A DNA stretch of 64,000 nt from Eledone cirrhosa (taxonomy: Eukaryota), in assembly GCA_964016885.1 (NCBI GenBank), contig OZ024740.1:385702001-385766000 (forward strand), written 5' to 3'. Below the pieces are notes generated by a model that was not told the DNA's origin, searched no databases, and saw nothing but the letters and a program-made list of their open reading frames with translations. This document shows, in pieces, positions 1 to 12,801 of the stretch (within the stretch, counting starts at the first letter, position 1; each line of letters opens with the position of its first letter). A program made the position numbers and the translations under genes.

Positions 1-740
1 CCTTACGGGGTCGATAAAATAAAATACTAGTAATACACTGGGATAATTGCTGGCCTTGTGCCAAAAGTAGAAACAATTATTAGTAGTAGTAAAAGCAGTA
101 GGGGAGGGCAGTGGTGTGTTAGATTTGTAAGAGCATTGGAAAAATGTGTAGTAGTATTTTTCCAGTTCTTTACAATCTAAATTCAAATTCTGCCATGGTT
201 AGCTTTGCCTTTCATCCTGACAGGTTTGATAAAATAAAGTACCAGTCATGCACTAGGGTCGATTTAATTAACTTTCCCTCCCACAAAAATTGTTGTCTTT
301 GTGCCTAAATCAGAAATCATTAGTATTATTAGCAGCAGTAGTGAGGGCAGAGGATTGGCAGTATCAGTAGAGCATCGGACAACATGCTTAGCGGCATAAA
401 GTTATGGCCCTTTACATTCTAAGTTCAAATCCCACCGAGTTTAGCTTTGCCTTTCATCCTTACGGAGTCAATAAAATAAAGTACCAGTAATGCACGGGGG
501 TGATTTAATCGACTTTCCCTTCCCCCAAAATTGCTGGCCTTGTGCCTAAATCTGAAATCATTATTAGTAGTAGTAGTAGTCAGAGTGGTAGATTGGTAAC
601 ATCAGTTGAATATCAAAGAAAATGCCTTGCAGTATTTACTCCACTACTTTACATTCTGATTTCAAATCCTACTGAGGTCAAATTTGCCTTCAGCTCTTTG
701 GGTTTGATTAAAATAAAGTACCAGTCAAGTCCAAGGGTTT
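1..740 (+). mobile_element. Head-to-tail array of about four copies of a tRNA-derived SINE (family A)
   Basis: Units near 1-80 (partial), 106-325, 345-570, 582-740 share A-box-like TGGCAGTATCAG, B-box-like GTTCAAATCC, GCCTTTCATCC..GGGGTCGATAAAATAAAGTACCAG and GCTGGCCTTGTGCC; separated by (AGT)n. Confidence 0.85.
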
Positions 741-1906
741 ATATAATGGACCATAACTCCACTTTTTCATCTTATGTTTATGTTATAGATATTATTTGTA
801 ATAGCAGCAGCCCATAATAGTACAGAATACCAAAAGTCTATGAAACCAAAAGTCTATGATACCTTTTTGACTTCCTTGTTCTACTGGGGAATCATCTGTA
901 TTTGGCTACATCCTTTTTTGAACATTTTTATTTGAGCCAATGAAGGAGCCTCTTTGTGGTCATTTTACCTTCCAGAAATAGCAGCTAAATCATCTCCAAA
1001 TCACAAGGATACAATGGCTAATATAGTCCTAGATGCAATATACAGGACACTGTTGAAGGAGGGCAAAGAACAGGCAGACAAAGAAAATCCTGGTTTGACA
1101 GTATCAAAGTCTGGGTAGATCTCAATCATGTGACCCTTATATGTATGATAGAAGACAGAGATCAGTGGCAATTGCTGACTGCAGAATGTCTAGAGTAGCA
1201 TCCCAGTAACTAGCTGTGCCAGTTTTAGGAAGATGATGATTATGAATCTCTGAACAAAGAAAAGCAATTAAGAAATACCTGTCAACTAATTACGAAGATG
1301 GTAGCATATTCACAATAATTGTTACTAATTAAATATTCATTTGGAATTAGAGAAAGTAATATAATATTTGCCAGCAATAAAAAATAATGAAAGCTAAAAT
1401 GATTTCTTAATACTTAAAATTGCTTCATTTATTTTGACACATCTTTTGTTATTGCATCTTGATTTGGGTTGGAAACCTACTTCAACAATTCTAGAAGATA
1501 TGAATGGCTACAGAAAAAATATGACACCTGCCATGTGTTATTTGTTGGCTAGCCAGCAAAACCACTTCATCTTGTGTATCTGTCTGTTTGTCTGTATGTA
1601 TGTTTTTTGTTTCCGGTGAGTTTTTCATCTGTTCATCTGTCTGTCTATCCATTTAAAATTAATTTTATTTTGTCTCATTATGGAATTATTATGTTCATGT
1701 CATTTAACTAATGTTGCTACCTGAGTCAGCAACATGAAAACATGTTAAATACATGTATGTATGCATACTTTCAGTTCATTTTTGAAAATTATCATTAAAT
1801 GTATATACAAGTGCGCATGCATGCATGTGTGATTTGTGACGTTGCAGCTTCTTAAGTATTGAGTACTCTTTTTTCTTCTTGTTTACACTGTGTATCTGTC
1901 TACCAG

Positions 1907-1952
1907 TATGCATGTTACATCACTCAAGCTAAGAAATCAGGCAACGGTGAAA
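1907..1952 (+). CDS. Candidate upstream mini-exon of the Sidekick-like gene (end of signal peptide?)
   Basis: Pyrimidine-rich tract and CCAG before, GTAAGT after; open frame YACYITQAKKSGNGE ends in phase 1, compatible with exon 8890. No homology evidence. Confidence 0.25.
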
Positions 1953-2388
1953 GTAAGTTTCCCAAAACCAGTGAAACTTAGGATAAAAATAGCAAATTAA
2001 TGTCTATATTGTACTGCATTTATATTGATGCAACTAACATAGGCATAATATATGTTCATACTTAATTTATTTGTATCAAAGTGCTAGTAGATTAGTAGGC
2101 CTACTGATATGTGTGAAGGTTGTTGGGCTCATGATTAGGGCACTTCATTTCATATTACACCAGTTTACTCAGCTGAAAATGAGTCTTAGCAGCATCTGGA
2201 GATTAGCCCTGCAACAAACTGGCATCCTGTTCTGCAGGGAACTCTTAAGTTGCTTAGCTCCACATAAAACTGGAATAAGCCCTGACCTTTGTCCAACACA
2301 TACAAACATAAAAACTTTGATGGTGACTCATATCCGTAAGACAGTAAGTAAAACTTCTGAACAAAATGCAATAATTTATTTACCTTAA

Positions 2389-2644
2389 CTCTTAACGTCC
2401 TGTACCGCATGAAACCGCAGAAGCAAGACATGCTTGGAATGTACAAAACAGCACTATAACGGCATTACATTAAACACTCAAGTATTTACTTCAGTTTTCT
2501 GCAGATTTTCACAATGATATGTCCACTAAAAGTGGACAGATCTATCCAAAATGATCTGTCCACTAGCAAAAAATATTATAAACATTCGAATTAAGAAACC
2601 TGTTTTTAGATATTTTCTGCTAAATCATGACGGAATGTTAGGAG
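2389..2644. mobile_element. piggyBac-type MITE (TTAA target)
   Basis: TTAA|CTCTTAACGTCCTGT ... ACGGAATGTTAGGAG|TTAA; a related copy at 2954-3155. Confidence 0.7.
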
Positions 2645-5228
2645 TTAAGTTTTCCTGTAAAACTACTTCCAAAATATATTTAGGTTTTTACATGCAATCT
2701 AAATCAGAGTTGAGTATTATCATTTAATGTTATTCTGTTTTTAATAGCCCTTTTAGTATCAGTGTCAGCAAAAAAATTAATTATTTTTTCCTCATGGTTT
2801 CTTGACATTATACATTATTGATGGCCCTACATTGTATTCTGGCCGCAAGTTTCTCATTGATATACTGCTTTCTAGTTTTATTCATTATTAACACCTTTTA
2901 TAACAGAGTTAATATATACTTATGTTTTGCTGCATTACCACCACCTGCATTAACTCTTAACATCCAGTAATGATACTGTAAATATTTATCTAAAAACCGG
3001 GTTGTTAATCTGAATGTTTATAGTTTCATTACTACAGGATAGATCATTATTAAAATTTGCAGTAAACTAATGTAAAGAGTAATTTTTAATGTGATGTAGT
3101 CATAGAGCTGTTTTGCACTTTTCAAGAATGTTTTGTTAATGTGGTTTCATAAGAGTTAATTATGCAGTGCTTTTAACTCTGAGTGCCAAGCTGTGTTTGA
3201 TATTTTATTGTCCCAGGCTGGGATTACATGTTAATTTTTGCACTTTTAAAACAAAAACAAAATTTAAAAAAATAAAATAAAAGTTATTTTGATCAAATCT
3301 CTATATTTTCTTTGTCTGAATCTGTGTTTTGCAAACTAAACTAAAGCATACAAGTGTGTCTTTGATACACAGATGATAGGAAATAGAAGTATACGTTTGG
3401 CAGTAAATCTTTCAAGGATAAAATAGTAAAACTGGCTATATCTTTAGCTGTATGGCAGCATCAAAACCCATAATTAAACTGTTGAAGATATAAACAATAT
3501 GGAGAGCTATGGACGTCACTGTTGGCCAAGGGGCAGTCTTATATACTAATGAGCACTAGATTTAAATCAACATCATGAACTGAACCATCAAAGCTGCTGG
3601 GGCAGTCTAATGTTCAACCTTTATGTGAGTGGGTGTGCAGGTGTGTGTGTACATACAAAATAACAAATTTCGACATTAACTTTTGTTTCAAACACTTTAG
3701 CTATGTGACATTTATATATGTTGTTATTTAGCCCTAGAGCAGCTGTGATTGAGTAAAACTATGATTAAAAGTATTACAACCTTGATTGACTGTTTTTTTA
3801 ATGTTTATATATTTTCTTTTACTACTTTGTTTTAAAATTGTAGCCAGGAGCAAGGAGTAATGACCATGATATTCACGAGTCCTCCTGGGCTGGTGATGAG
3901 TGTGTGTGTAAAAGCATGTGTGTATGTGCGAGAGTATATACTGAAGGTGTATAGCTTAGTGGGTAGAGTGTTTAATTCTCAATCATAATAAGTTCGATTT
4001 CTAGCAGCATATTTTATCCTTGAGCAAGACGCTTCATTTCACATTGCTCCAGTTCACTAAGCTGGCGAAAATGAATTGTACCTGCATTTCAAAGAGCCAG
4101 TCTTATACACACTATCATGCTGAATCTCCCTGAGAACTGCTTTAAGCATACACGTGTCTGTGAAAGGATTGTTGAACAGATCCTCCAAGACTTGATGTCT
4201 TCAGACAAGGTGGCTTTGTCTGAACACCTGCTACAAAGTGGACTCTACTAAAAGACAAACTTGAACCAGCAGATTGTAATATTAAACCAAACTACAGATT
4301 AAGTCAATCAGACAAGAATAGATATAGTTCATCTGATAAGCTTCCACACAGTTTCCATCTACTCAGTTGGATTCACAAGCCTTAGGTTTATCTAAGCCCC
4401 TAAAGAAAAACCATTGCTCAAAGTGCCACACAGTGGGATTGAACCAGAAACCATGTCGTTGTAAAGTTGATTTCTTGATCACATTGCCATGCCTGCACCA
4501 CTGTGTACTAATCCTTTTAATACCAACCCACCTAAGACCATTTCTGGTCTTAAGATATATAACCTCCCATTTTTAAAATGTTCATATTTAAGTAAAAATC
4601 TTTCATTCTAATATTATGTAAGAACATTTAAAGTTATGTTCCCAACACCAGCTTGATAATAATGAAGTTATTTGAATTAATTATTTTCAAAGATAATCAG
4701 AATGCATAAGCAATGTAATTCATGAAAAATATGGTAAGAAAGGGTTAATCAATTACAAGGATTCATGTTATTGATTAGCCCTCATGTTGTACAATTGCAG
4801 CTTCAACTATTGCTAAAATATAACTCCTCCTATTCTCTAGCAACAAAATTTAAAAAACAAAATACAACATAATATAGTTCATTGTTTATTGCTATTTTTC
4901 TTGAGGGGATTTTTTTTTAAAGAAAGGGATTTCTCATTTTTTTTTTCAAAAGATCAACAAAATATAAAATAGTAAATAGCAACCCTCCCCAACATCTTTT
5001 TATCAGCGATAGAAGGAATATCCAAATTAAATAACAAGACTCTTTCAAAGAGCTAGAAGAAAATCTGAAAAACCAAAAAAAAATAACAGCTTTCGAGAAA
5101 AAAGATCATTGCAATCAAAATATGAATGAGGAAAAATATAAAAAATAATCTCTAATCTGGCCAAAAAGCAATTCTGAAACAGGAATTTCAAGGTCTTGTT
5201 TAATATCCCTCTGTTTATCTTTCTAATA

Positions 5229-5412
5229 ATTGTTTCTACTTTTTGGCACAAGACCAGCAATTACCCAGTACATTACTGGTACTTTATTTTATCGACCCCG
5301 TAAGGATGAAAGGCAAAGTTAACCTCGGCAGGATTTGAACTCGGATCAGAAAGGGGCGTAACTCTGTGCTACAAAGCATGTTGTCCGACCCTATACCGAT
5401 ACTGCCAAACCA
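5229..5412 (-). mobile_element. SINE family A copy
   Basis: Reverse complement of the unit at 345-570; similar minus copies at 26851-27030, 38700-38855, 48225-48385. Confidence 0.85.
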
Positions 5413-6629
5413 AATGGTTTCTAATTTAGGCTCAAGGTCAGTAATTTAGGAAGTGAGCAAAGTCAATTATATCAACCCCAATACTTTATTTTATCAAACT
5501 CAGATGTATGAAAGGTAATGTTGACTGTTACTTGGTTTGATCTCAATGTAAAAATAATTATGATAGTATATTGAAATTGACTGTATATTTTAATATATAG
5601 TGTTTAATTCATTATGGTTTAGGGTTGACTCTACACAAAGTATCAATCACAATTAGTGTTCAAGTAGATGAGCTGACAACATCTTTCTCTCGCTTGTATA
5701 TTTGCATATATTAGCAGGGATGATCAAAGCTGGAACATATTTAATTATAGGCCTGCTCATTCAGGTATGACCTCGTGTTAAACAACATCTAAGAATCATG
5801 TAGAGTTCAATAAATAACCTTTTAAAGCAAATTAAAAAATGTAAGAGACAAGTTATATAAAAGAAGAAATTTCATCATTAAATGAAAACTATAAACAAAA
5901 TTTCCAGTGTTGTCAGGTAATCTGGTCTTGAAATGGTTAAGTGCTTCATTCAAAAGTTCATAAACATCAGAGTAATTTTTATTGGTAGTTTAATTGTGAT
6001 TCTATCGCAGACTTGTTTGCTAATAGCCATAATCTTTATTGGGAGAAATTAACCTTCTGACCTGTGCATATATATATGTTTGTATGTGTTTGCTTGTATA
6101 TGTGTATGCTTGTATGTGTTTGCTTGTATATGTGTATGCATATATGTGTATGCATTGCTTGTATATGTGTATGCATATATGTATGTGAGTGTGTATGTGT
6201 GTGCATATGTGTATATATACATATGTATAAAAGTGTATGGGTATATATTTGTGCATAAGTTTGTTTGTACACACTCATCACATATACTCTATTAACTGTG
6301 CTACAAATTTAATTTTTAAATTGTAGTTAATTCACACAATAAAACAATAGTATATGTCGTTACTTAAACCCCTGCTGATTGTTTCATACATCATGTTCCC
6401 ATTAGTTCATCAGTTGAAATTAAGATATCACTAGTCTTGAGTTTTAATTATTTTTTGTATTCCAATACTACATTTCCATGGGAAATAGCTTATTTAATTT
6501 AAGATTTGTTTTTTTTAGACAGAAGCAATCTTCTCACAGTCACCAATAGTTTAATATCTAATTTTTGTTTATAACCTAATCATGACAGAAGTGAAATAAG
6601 GTTTCTGCCTCAAAATCATCTTGGAAGCA

Positions 6630-6870
6630 AGTGATCGCAACAGCATAGTGGGTAGGGTGTTGGGCTTACAATTGTGGGTTGGATTCCTGAACCAGGTGGC
6701 ACATTGTTTTCTTGAGCAAAACACATCATATTCTTAATGTTCCAATCAGCTGAGCTGAAAAAGTATATTAGCAGCAGCAATTGATGGTTAACCATGTGAT
6801 GGACTGGCATCCAATGAAATCAGGATAAGCTCCAGCCTGATGAGCTTCTGGGTTTCAGACAGACTTGGCC
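6630..6870 (+). mobile_element. tRNA-derived SINE with V-domain-like segment
   Basis: tRNA-like head, GTGATGGACTGGCATCC and GAAATCAGGATAAGCTCCAGCCTGATGAG tail; related minus copies near 20095-20400 and 39480-39710. V-SINE assignment is from memory of the consensus. Confidence 0.6.
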
Positions 6871-8889
6871 CTTTCATTGATTGTATTTCAATTTTCAGTT
6901 ACCTCAACTACATTATTCAAAATACTCCTATCCGTCGTTACTACCACCATAAGAAATAATTTTTCATCATAGAACCAGGGTTGATTTCAAGTGGTTTCAT
7001 ACAAAAGGATCAAAATGGAGTCATTTAATTTCTCTTTAACACACATCTTAAAATATCATGGATATCTTGATTTTCCATTTCCTAATGCCTAAACTTTTCC
7101 ACAGTCAACACATAGTTTGTGTGGCTTCATACTTATGAAAATTTCTTATTTAGTAAAAACATTTAGTTAGTTTAAACACTTAGATTGTGGCAAATTGTTA
7201 TATAGATGAGATAGCTAGACTAGATATTTTATCAATTTTAGTGTCTCATGTTACCAAATTTCATTAAGAGTGATATGGATCTTTTTTTCTTGAAAGGTAG
7301 AAACTGAATTTGGCACTAATAAATAAATCACTTGATTCTGCTGTAAGCAGTGTACCATGGGACAGTAGCTACCTGTAGTTAGTGCAGTGAGGCTATGAAT
7401 AACTAATTTTTCTTAACAAAAAATGTAGTAGTGTCTTTTGCAGGATATGAACTGTCTGCATCTCAGCTGGTTGTTCCATAGCCTTATTTTCTCAATTATC
7501 CCCACTTTGCTATTCTTTATGCAAAGTGTGTAAATTTCTCATTCCATTAACAAAATAAATATGATGTACACCTTTTGGTTATGGATTTTAGAAACTGTTG
7601 TAGCCATAGTCATTATAATATAGCCTTGTCTGAAGTTCACTGTTCTGTGCAAAATTTTCAATCAAGTTTACAGCTGAAACATTACAGAATCGGAATTAAG
7701 TGAAAATCTAATTATTAATGGGAAAACAGGCTTTCCATCAGGTTCTCTTTCTTCAAAATGGAATGAGAACAATCAATAAGAATGAAGCTTTTACTGCTAT
7801 TATTTCATTTGTTTTCTCTGAAATCATCAAGATAACTAAATCATGCTAATAATGCCACTTCATCATCACTAGTATTACCATCATCATAATAGTGTAATAA
7901 GTTTTACATGCTATCAAGATCATGGATCTTAAAAATCATCCACCAACACTCAAACTGCAGTAGTGTATTCTTTTATCTATTTCCCCAGAAATACTATATA
8001 AAATACAGGAATTATTTTATTGGAAACACCTCATATAAATGCTGGTCACATGCTGGATTAACCATAAACCAAAATAAGCACCAAATTGGAGCAATAAAGG
8101 AATAGGGACACCATTTTATTCAAACTAAATGTATTTGTCATCCTTGAAATGCTTATATATGGGGTGAAACCTTAATGTTTTAAGTGCCTTAGGGCCTCAA
8201 AGAACTTAATTTGGCCTTGGCTGAACTGTTGACCATATGATTGTGAGTTCATACTTTACTGCTGCTATTGCAGTTGTGTTTTACCTCTGGCCAGTGCACA
8301 TTTCCTAATTTTTTTCAGTTCATGAAAAATAAGATGAATTCATGTAATGTGTATTCTGTAATTTCAAGCTACCTTGTACTTGGCAAATTATATGCAGATT
8401 AGTTCTAATTTCCTTAGCTTTGAGCTTGTTTTTTTTTTCTTTTAGTTAGCTTGATTGACATAAACAGTTGCCATTCGACATGGTTGAATGGTTTGTAGTA
8501 GGGAGAGCATCCATCTATTAAAACATTTACTCTAATAAAAGCCACCCTGTCCATGCAAGCATGGAAAAATCAAGGTAAAACAGCAACAACTACAGTAAAT
8601 CAGTAACTATTAATTATTTCAATTTGTTTGTACCATACTCCTATCATGATTGTTGATTAATTACCAGCTATCCTTGCCTGGGTTACTGATTTACAGGGGC
8701 AAAATGAGTTCGTTTTATTTTTTTATTCTTTTTATTCTTCACTTTTATTTCATTTTTACTGTCAGAATATGAAAATAAAATTGAGCGTAAGAAGAATTGG
8801 ACATGATCGATAAGAATTTGACTCTTTGAACAACGTTCTAATAAATTCTTAATGGTAATATATTTGTTTGCTCTTTTTTCTTCTCCCAG

Positions 8890-9153
8890 ACAAGCCAAGT
8901 CCTCCAGTATTCACAGAAGAATTGAAAGCTGGTAGTGTGAAAAAAGTTGGAGAACGCCAGATACTTAGTTGTCTGGCATTTGGAGTGCCAGCACCAACAT
9001 ATTCTTGGTTGAAAAACGGCCAAATATTTAATGATACCACAGAATATTATATTGAACAGGAGCTTAAGCAGTCTGATGCTGGGGAGTACCGTTGTATAGC
9101 CAAAAACTCCCAAGGGTCTATCATCAGCAACAAAGTTCATGTCCAAGTTTCAT
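8890..9153 (+). CDS. sdk: Sidekick-like protein exon, Ig domain 1
   Basis: Polypyrimidine tract + AG (8888-8889), donor GTAAGT at 9154, phase 1/1; encodes KPSPPVFTEEL...LSCLAFGVPAPTYSWLKNG...DAGEYRCIAKNSQGSIISNKVHVQVS, an I-set Ig (C..W..DxGxYxC) resembling Sidekick Ig1. Confidence 0.9.
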
Positions 9154-12049
9154 GTAAGTTTTTTTACAACAACTTTCAGTTATTTATTTGAGTTTGTTGT
9201 TCTATAGTACTTATTCTGTTCTGAATATATCTTTTATGTCTTTTGTAAAGAAGAAAATGGTAATCATTTCATGGCTGGTAGAATATCAGTTATAGAGTAG
9301 ACATGGTACCTCACATATTTCTACATGTAGCCACATGTATTTTAAGGCCACTTTCCTCTTGTTAAAGCTGGGGTTAGCCTTGAAAGCCCCATGATAGGCT
9401 TCATGCTCATCAAGGGGTTCTTTTTGAAGTATCTTTTATAGCTTGATGCATTCCTGGTGCCAACCCTTTTTAGTCACCACTTATGACAGACAAGAATATG
9501 TTAAATCTATTGGATTTGTAATGCTAGTGTGTATGAACAGGATAGAATAAGAGAGCAGAGAGAAAACCCTATATAATAAAAATCCAATGTAGTTTACAAG
9601 AGAAAAGACTTTGATGATATAGACATGTGAGATGTATGGAAGACCATAACTGTATAAAAAAATATACAGAGAAATCTCTGTGGATGGGATTCGTAAAAGA
9701 GGCACACCCAGGAAGACATGGGATGAAGTAATAAGGATCGACCTTAAGAAACTGAATCTCATAACAAAGATGAATAAAGACCATGAGGATTATTGGTCCT
9801 GGAGTCGACTCACAAACCAGTATAAAAATGTGATCTGTGCCTGCTCCCCACCCACCCTCCAATCACCCTGTCAAACTCCACTAACCTGTTTTCAAGACAT
9901 ACATTCACACCCCTTCTCCCCTTCACATTACCACTTCAGCCCAGACATAGAACTTATCATTCTCCCCACTTCTTGTTACTTACCCATGCTGTACCTATCA
10001 TCCTTTTCACCTCTCCCATCCTATTCCCAACTTGCAGTCTCCCCTTCAGTCAAATCTATAACTGATAATCCTCCTTGTGGTGGTGCCATGATAAAACACA
10101 TCCAGCACACTCTGTAAAGTGGTTTGTGTTAACGAAGGCTTCAAGTGATAGAAACCATGCCAAAAGTGTTGATAGGACCCTCCAGTCACAAAATGACAAC
10201 CTCTCTAGTGCTGGTGCCACAAAAAAAACTGCCAGTACATCCTGTAAAGTGATAGGAAAGGCATCCAGCTGTAGAAAACATGCCAAAAAAGGACCAAGAA
10301 GACTCTTCAGTTGTGTCAAGGTTCAACAATCTCTCTAATGTTGGCAATCTACATGATAAATGCATCTAGTACATTGGTAATAGGAAAGGCATCCAACCAT
10401 TGAAAACCCAAACAGATGGTTGGAAGGACTGTTTAGCTATGCTGGTGACATGATAAAATACACCTGGTACACATGATATGGAGTGGGGATGTATGTAAGC
10501 AAGATGCAAACTCCTCATCTGAGAGGGTACCACAATAAAATATACTTTTCATATCTCTTTATTCTGAGTTCAAATTTTATCAGAATCAATATCTAAAGCT
10601 ATTATGAAAACTAATCAAATCAAAAATATGCAATATTTCTTCTCAAAAAACATTTTAACATTTGGGTAATGACCGAAAAAATGTGATGATGAATACAAAT
10701 GGCTGAAATGGGTCTTTCTGCAAATTAAGAGATCACAGCTCTGGTGCTACGGACATGGTGTTAGAATGTCTAAGGAAAGAATTGCTAGACAGATTTTACA
10801 GTATGAGATCCAGATGTAGACAACAAGCAAGATGGTTGAATAACATCCATGAGCTCGGTTGGTTTTGTCTGGGGATCCAGCCAGATCAATCGGAGACAGA
10901 TTTTTCTGATAGGATCCTCTGGAAAGCATGTCTGAGGATCCCACAAACCTTCCAAGAATAAGTGGGCAAAGGAGGAGGAGAAGTAAAAGTTTGTTTTTAA
11001 AATGCATTGAGGCTACTAAAAGAAAGTTTCATTAAGAGAATTCTTCCTTAGAATTATCAGAATAAAGTTGTATTTTTAAAAAAATGTGCAGCAATAGTAA
11101 TTTCTTTTTCTAGTCTCTGCTATAATAGTAATAAATCTTGTTGGTATGTTAAATCCATTATCTTTTCTCAACAAGCTGATCAGTTGGATAAGCCATGGCC
11201 TATAAAAATTATATAATAATCTTCAACAATGGAATACATTCTGAAACTTACTTGTGGAAAACATAAAAAATATATGCAGAGATACAAAACTTTAAAGCTA
11301 ATTTTTTTACAGATTTTATTATATTTTTCTTTATTCATTTATGATAGTAAAAGAAAAAATGAAAAGAAGAAATTCATTCTTCAGAAAAATTGAATTTTTA
11401 TGTGATTCCATAGTTCTAAACATACAAAACATTATAATCATTGTTCACATTTAGTATTCTATAAATTTTGAGTCAATAAAACAATTTTACATTTTCACAA
11501 ATTACTAGAAACCTGACCATGTAATTATAATAGATCTGAAAAATCTATAGAGATTTGAGTTAAATTTAGTTTGGCCACACTTTCTTCAATATTTAAGGAA
11601 TCCTTACAGCTGTATTGTTGAAAAACTTAGACAAGACTAATATTTTATGAAAACTGAAATTGTAATAATTAATTTCCAGACATGTTCACCCTTTCCATCG
11701 TAGTTTTATACTCAATTTTGTATATGGATAATACTTTAAATTTCTTCAAATTACTTTGAATTTAGTGTAAAGAAATATATAAAAAATTTTCTTTTATGTT
11801 TCACAGTTTTATGTTTAAATCCTATTTGAATGAAATCTTTTTTCTATGGAATCAATTTATAACATAATATTGAATAAATCAATGATAAACTTGCCTTCAT
11901 GAAAACATAATACAAAAACAATTATTCAACGTCTGTAAAGTTATAAGTTTGTACATTATAACAAGCAGATGTTTGTTTATGACCGAGTAAGAGTGAATAC
12001 TTAAATGTTTTTATGATTTGTATTGATGGAAATTATTAATATTATTATT

Positions 12050-12465
12050 ATTGTTGGACAAAATACTTTGTGGCATTTGGTTATGACCCTTTATATTTTA
12101 TGTTCAAATTTCACTGAAGTCAATTTTGCCTTTCATCTTTCTGATAACAATAAATTAAAGTACCAGTCATGTACTGGGATCAATACAATTGATTTTCTAC
12201 CACACCACAAACTGCTGCTTTGTGCCTAAATTAGAAATTATTATTATTATTATTGTTATTAAAAGCAGTGGATTGGCAGTATCAGTAGAGCATTGGACAC
12301 CTTGCTTTGCAGCATAGAGTTATGGCCCTTTACATTCTGCGTTCAAAACCTGCTGAGGTTAACTTTGCTTTTCACCCTTACGGGGTTAATAAAATAATGC
12401 ACTGGGGTCGATTTAATCGACTTTTTCCTCCCCAAAAATTGCTGGCCTTGTGCCTAAAGTTGATG
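12050..12465 (+). mobile_element. Two tandem SINE family A copies ending just upstream of the Ig2 exon
   Basis: Same central and 3' motifs as 345-570, separated by (ATT)n. Confidence 0.8.
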
Positions 12466-12510
12466 CAATTGTTGTTGTTGTTGTTTATAATACCTCTCCT
12501 GTGTTTGTAG

Positions 12511-12801
12511 ATATCAGCTCTTTTGATATGGACACCATACCTCAAATAATCAGAGCTAAAGTTGGAGATGCTGTTATTTTGCCTGTACCTCCTATTGAAA
12601 GTGTGCCTTATCCTGAAATAACGTGGTTCAACGAGACAAAAAACTTAAAAGCGGACAGTAAACGTTATGATTTTACTTCAAACCATTCACTAGTCTTATT
12701 GAATTTGTCTCCTCATGACAATAACAGGGCTTTCTATGTCAGAGCTAACAACACACTTGATAAACCAGTTTCAAGTGCATATTTCACTGTTACCATTCCA
12801 A
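12511..12801 (+). CDS. sdk: Sidekick-like protein exon, Ig domain 2 (cysteine-lacking)
   Basis: Acceptor TTTGTAG (AG 12509-12510), donor GTAAGA at 12802, phase 1/1; YISSF...KVGDAVILPVPPIESVPYPEITWF...SLVLLNL...FYVRANN matches the atypical Cys-less second Ig of Sidekick proteins as I recall it. Confidence 0.9.

Noticed and set aside
1434-1619. Hydrophobic ORF as the signal-peptide exon
   Set aside because: Its GTGAGT donor is phase 2, incompatible with the phase 1 Ig1 exon, and the hydrophobic run derives from TGTC/TGTA-like low-complexity sequence.
6814-6860. GAAA...CTGATGAG as a permuted hammerhead
   Set aside because: Required helices could not be formed; it is the tail of a dispersed SINE, and other copies do not keep the core.
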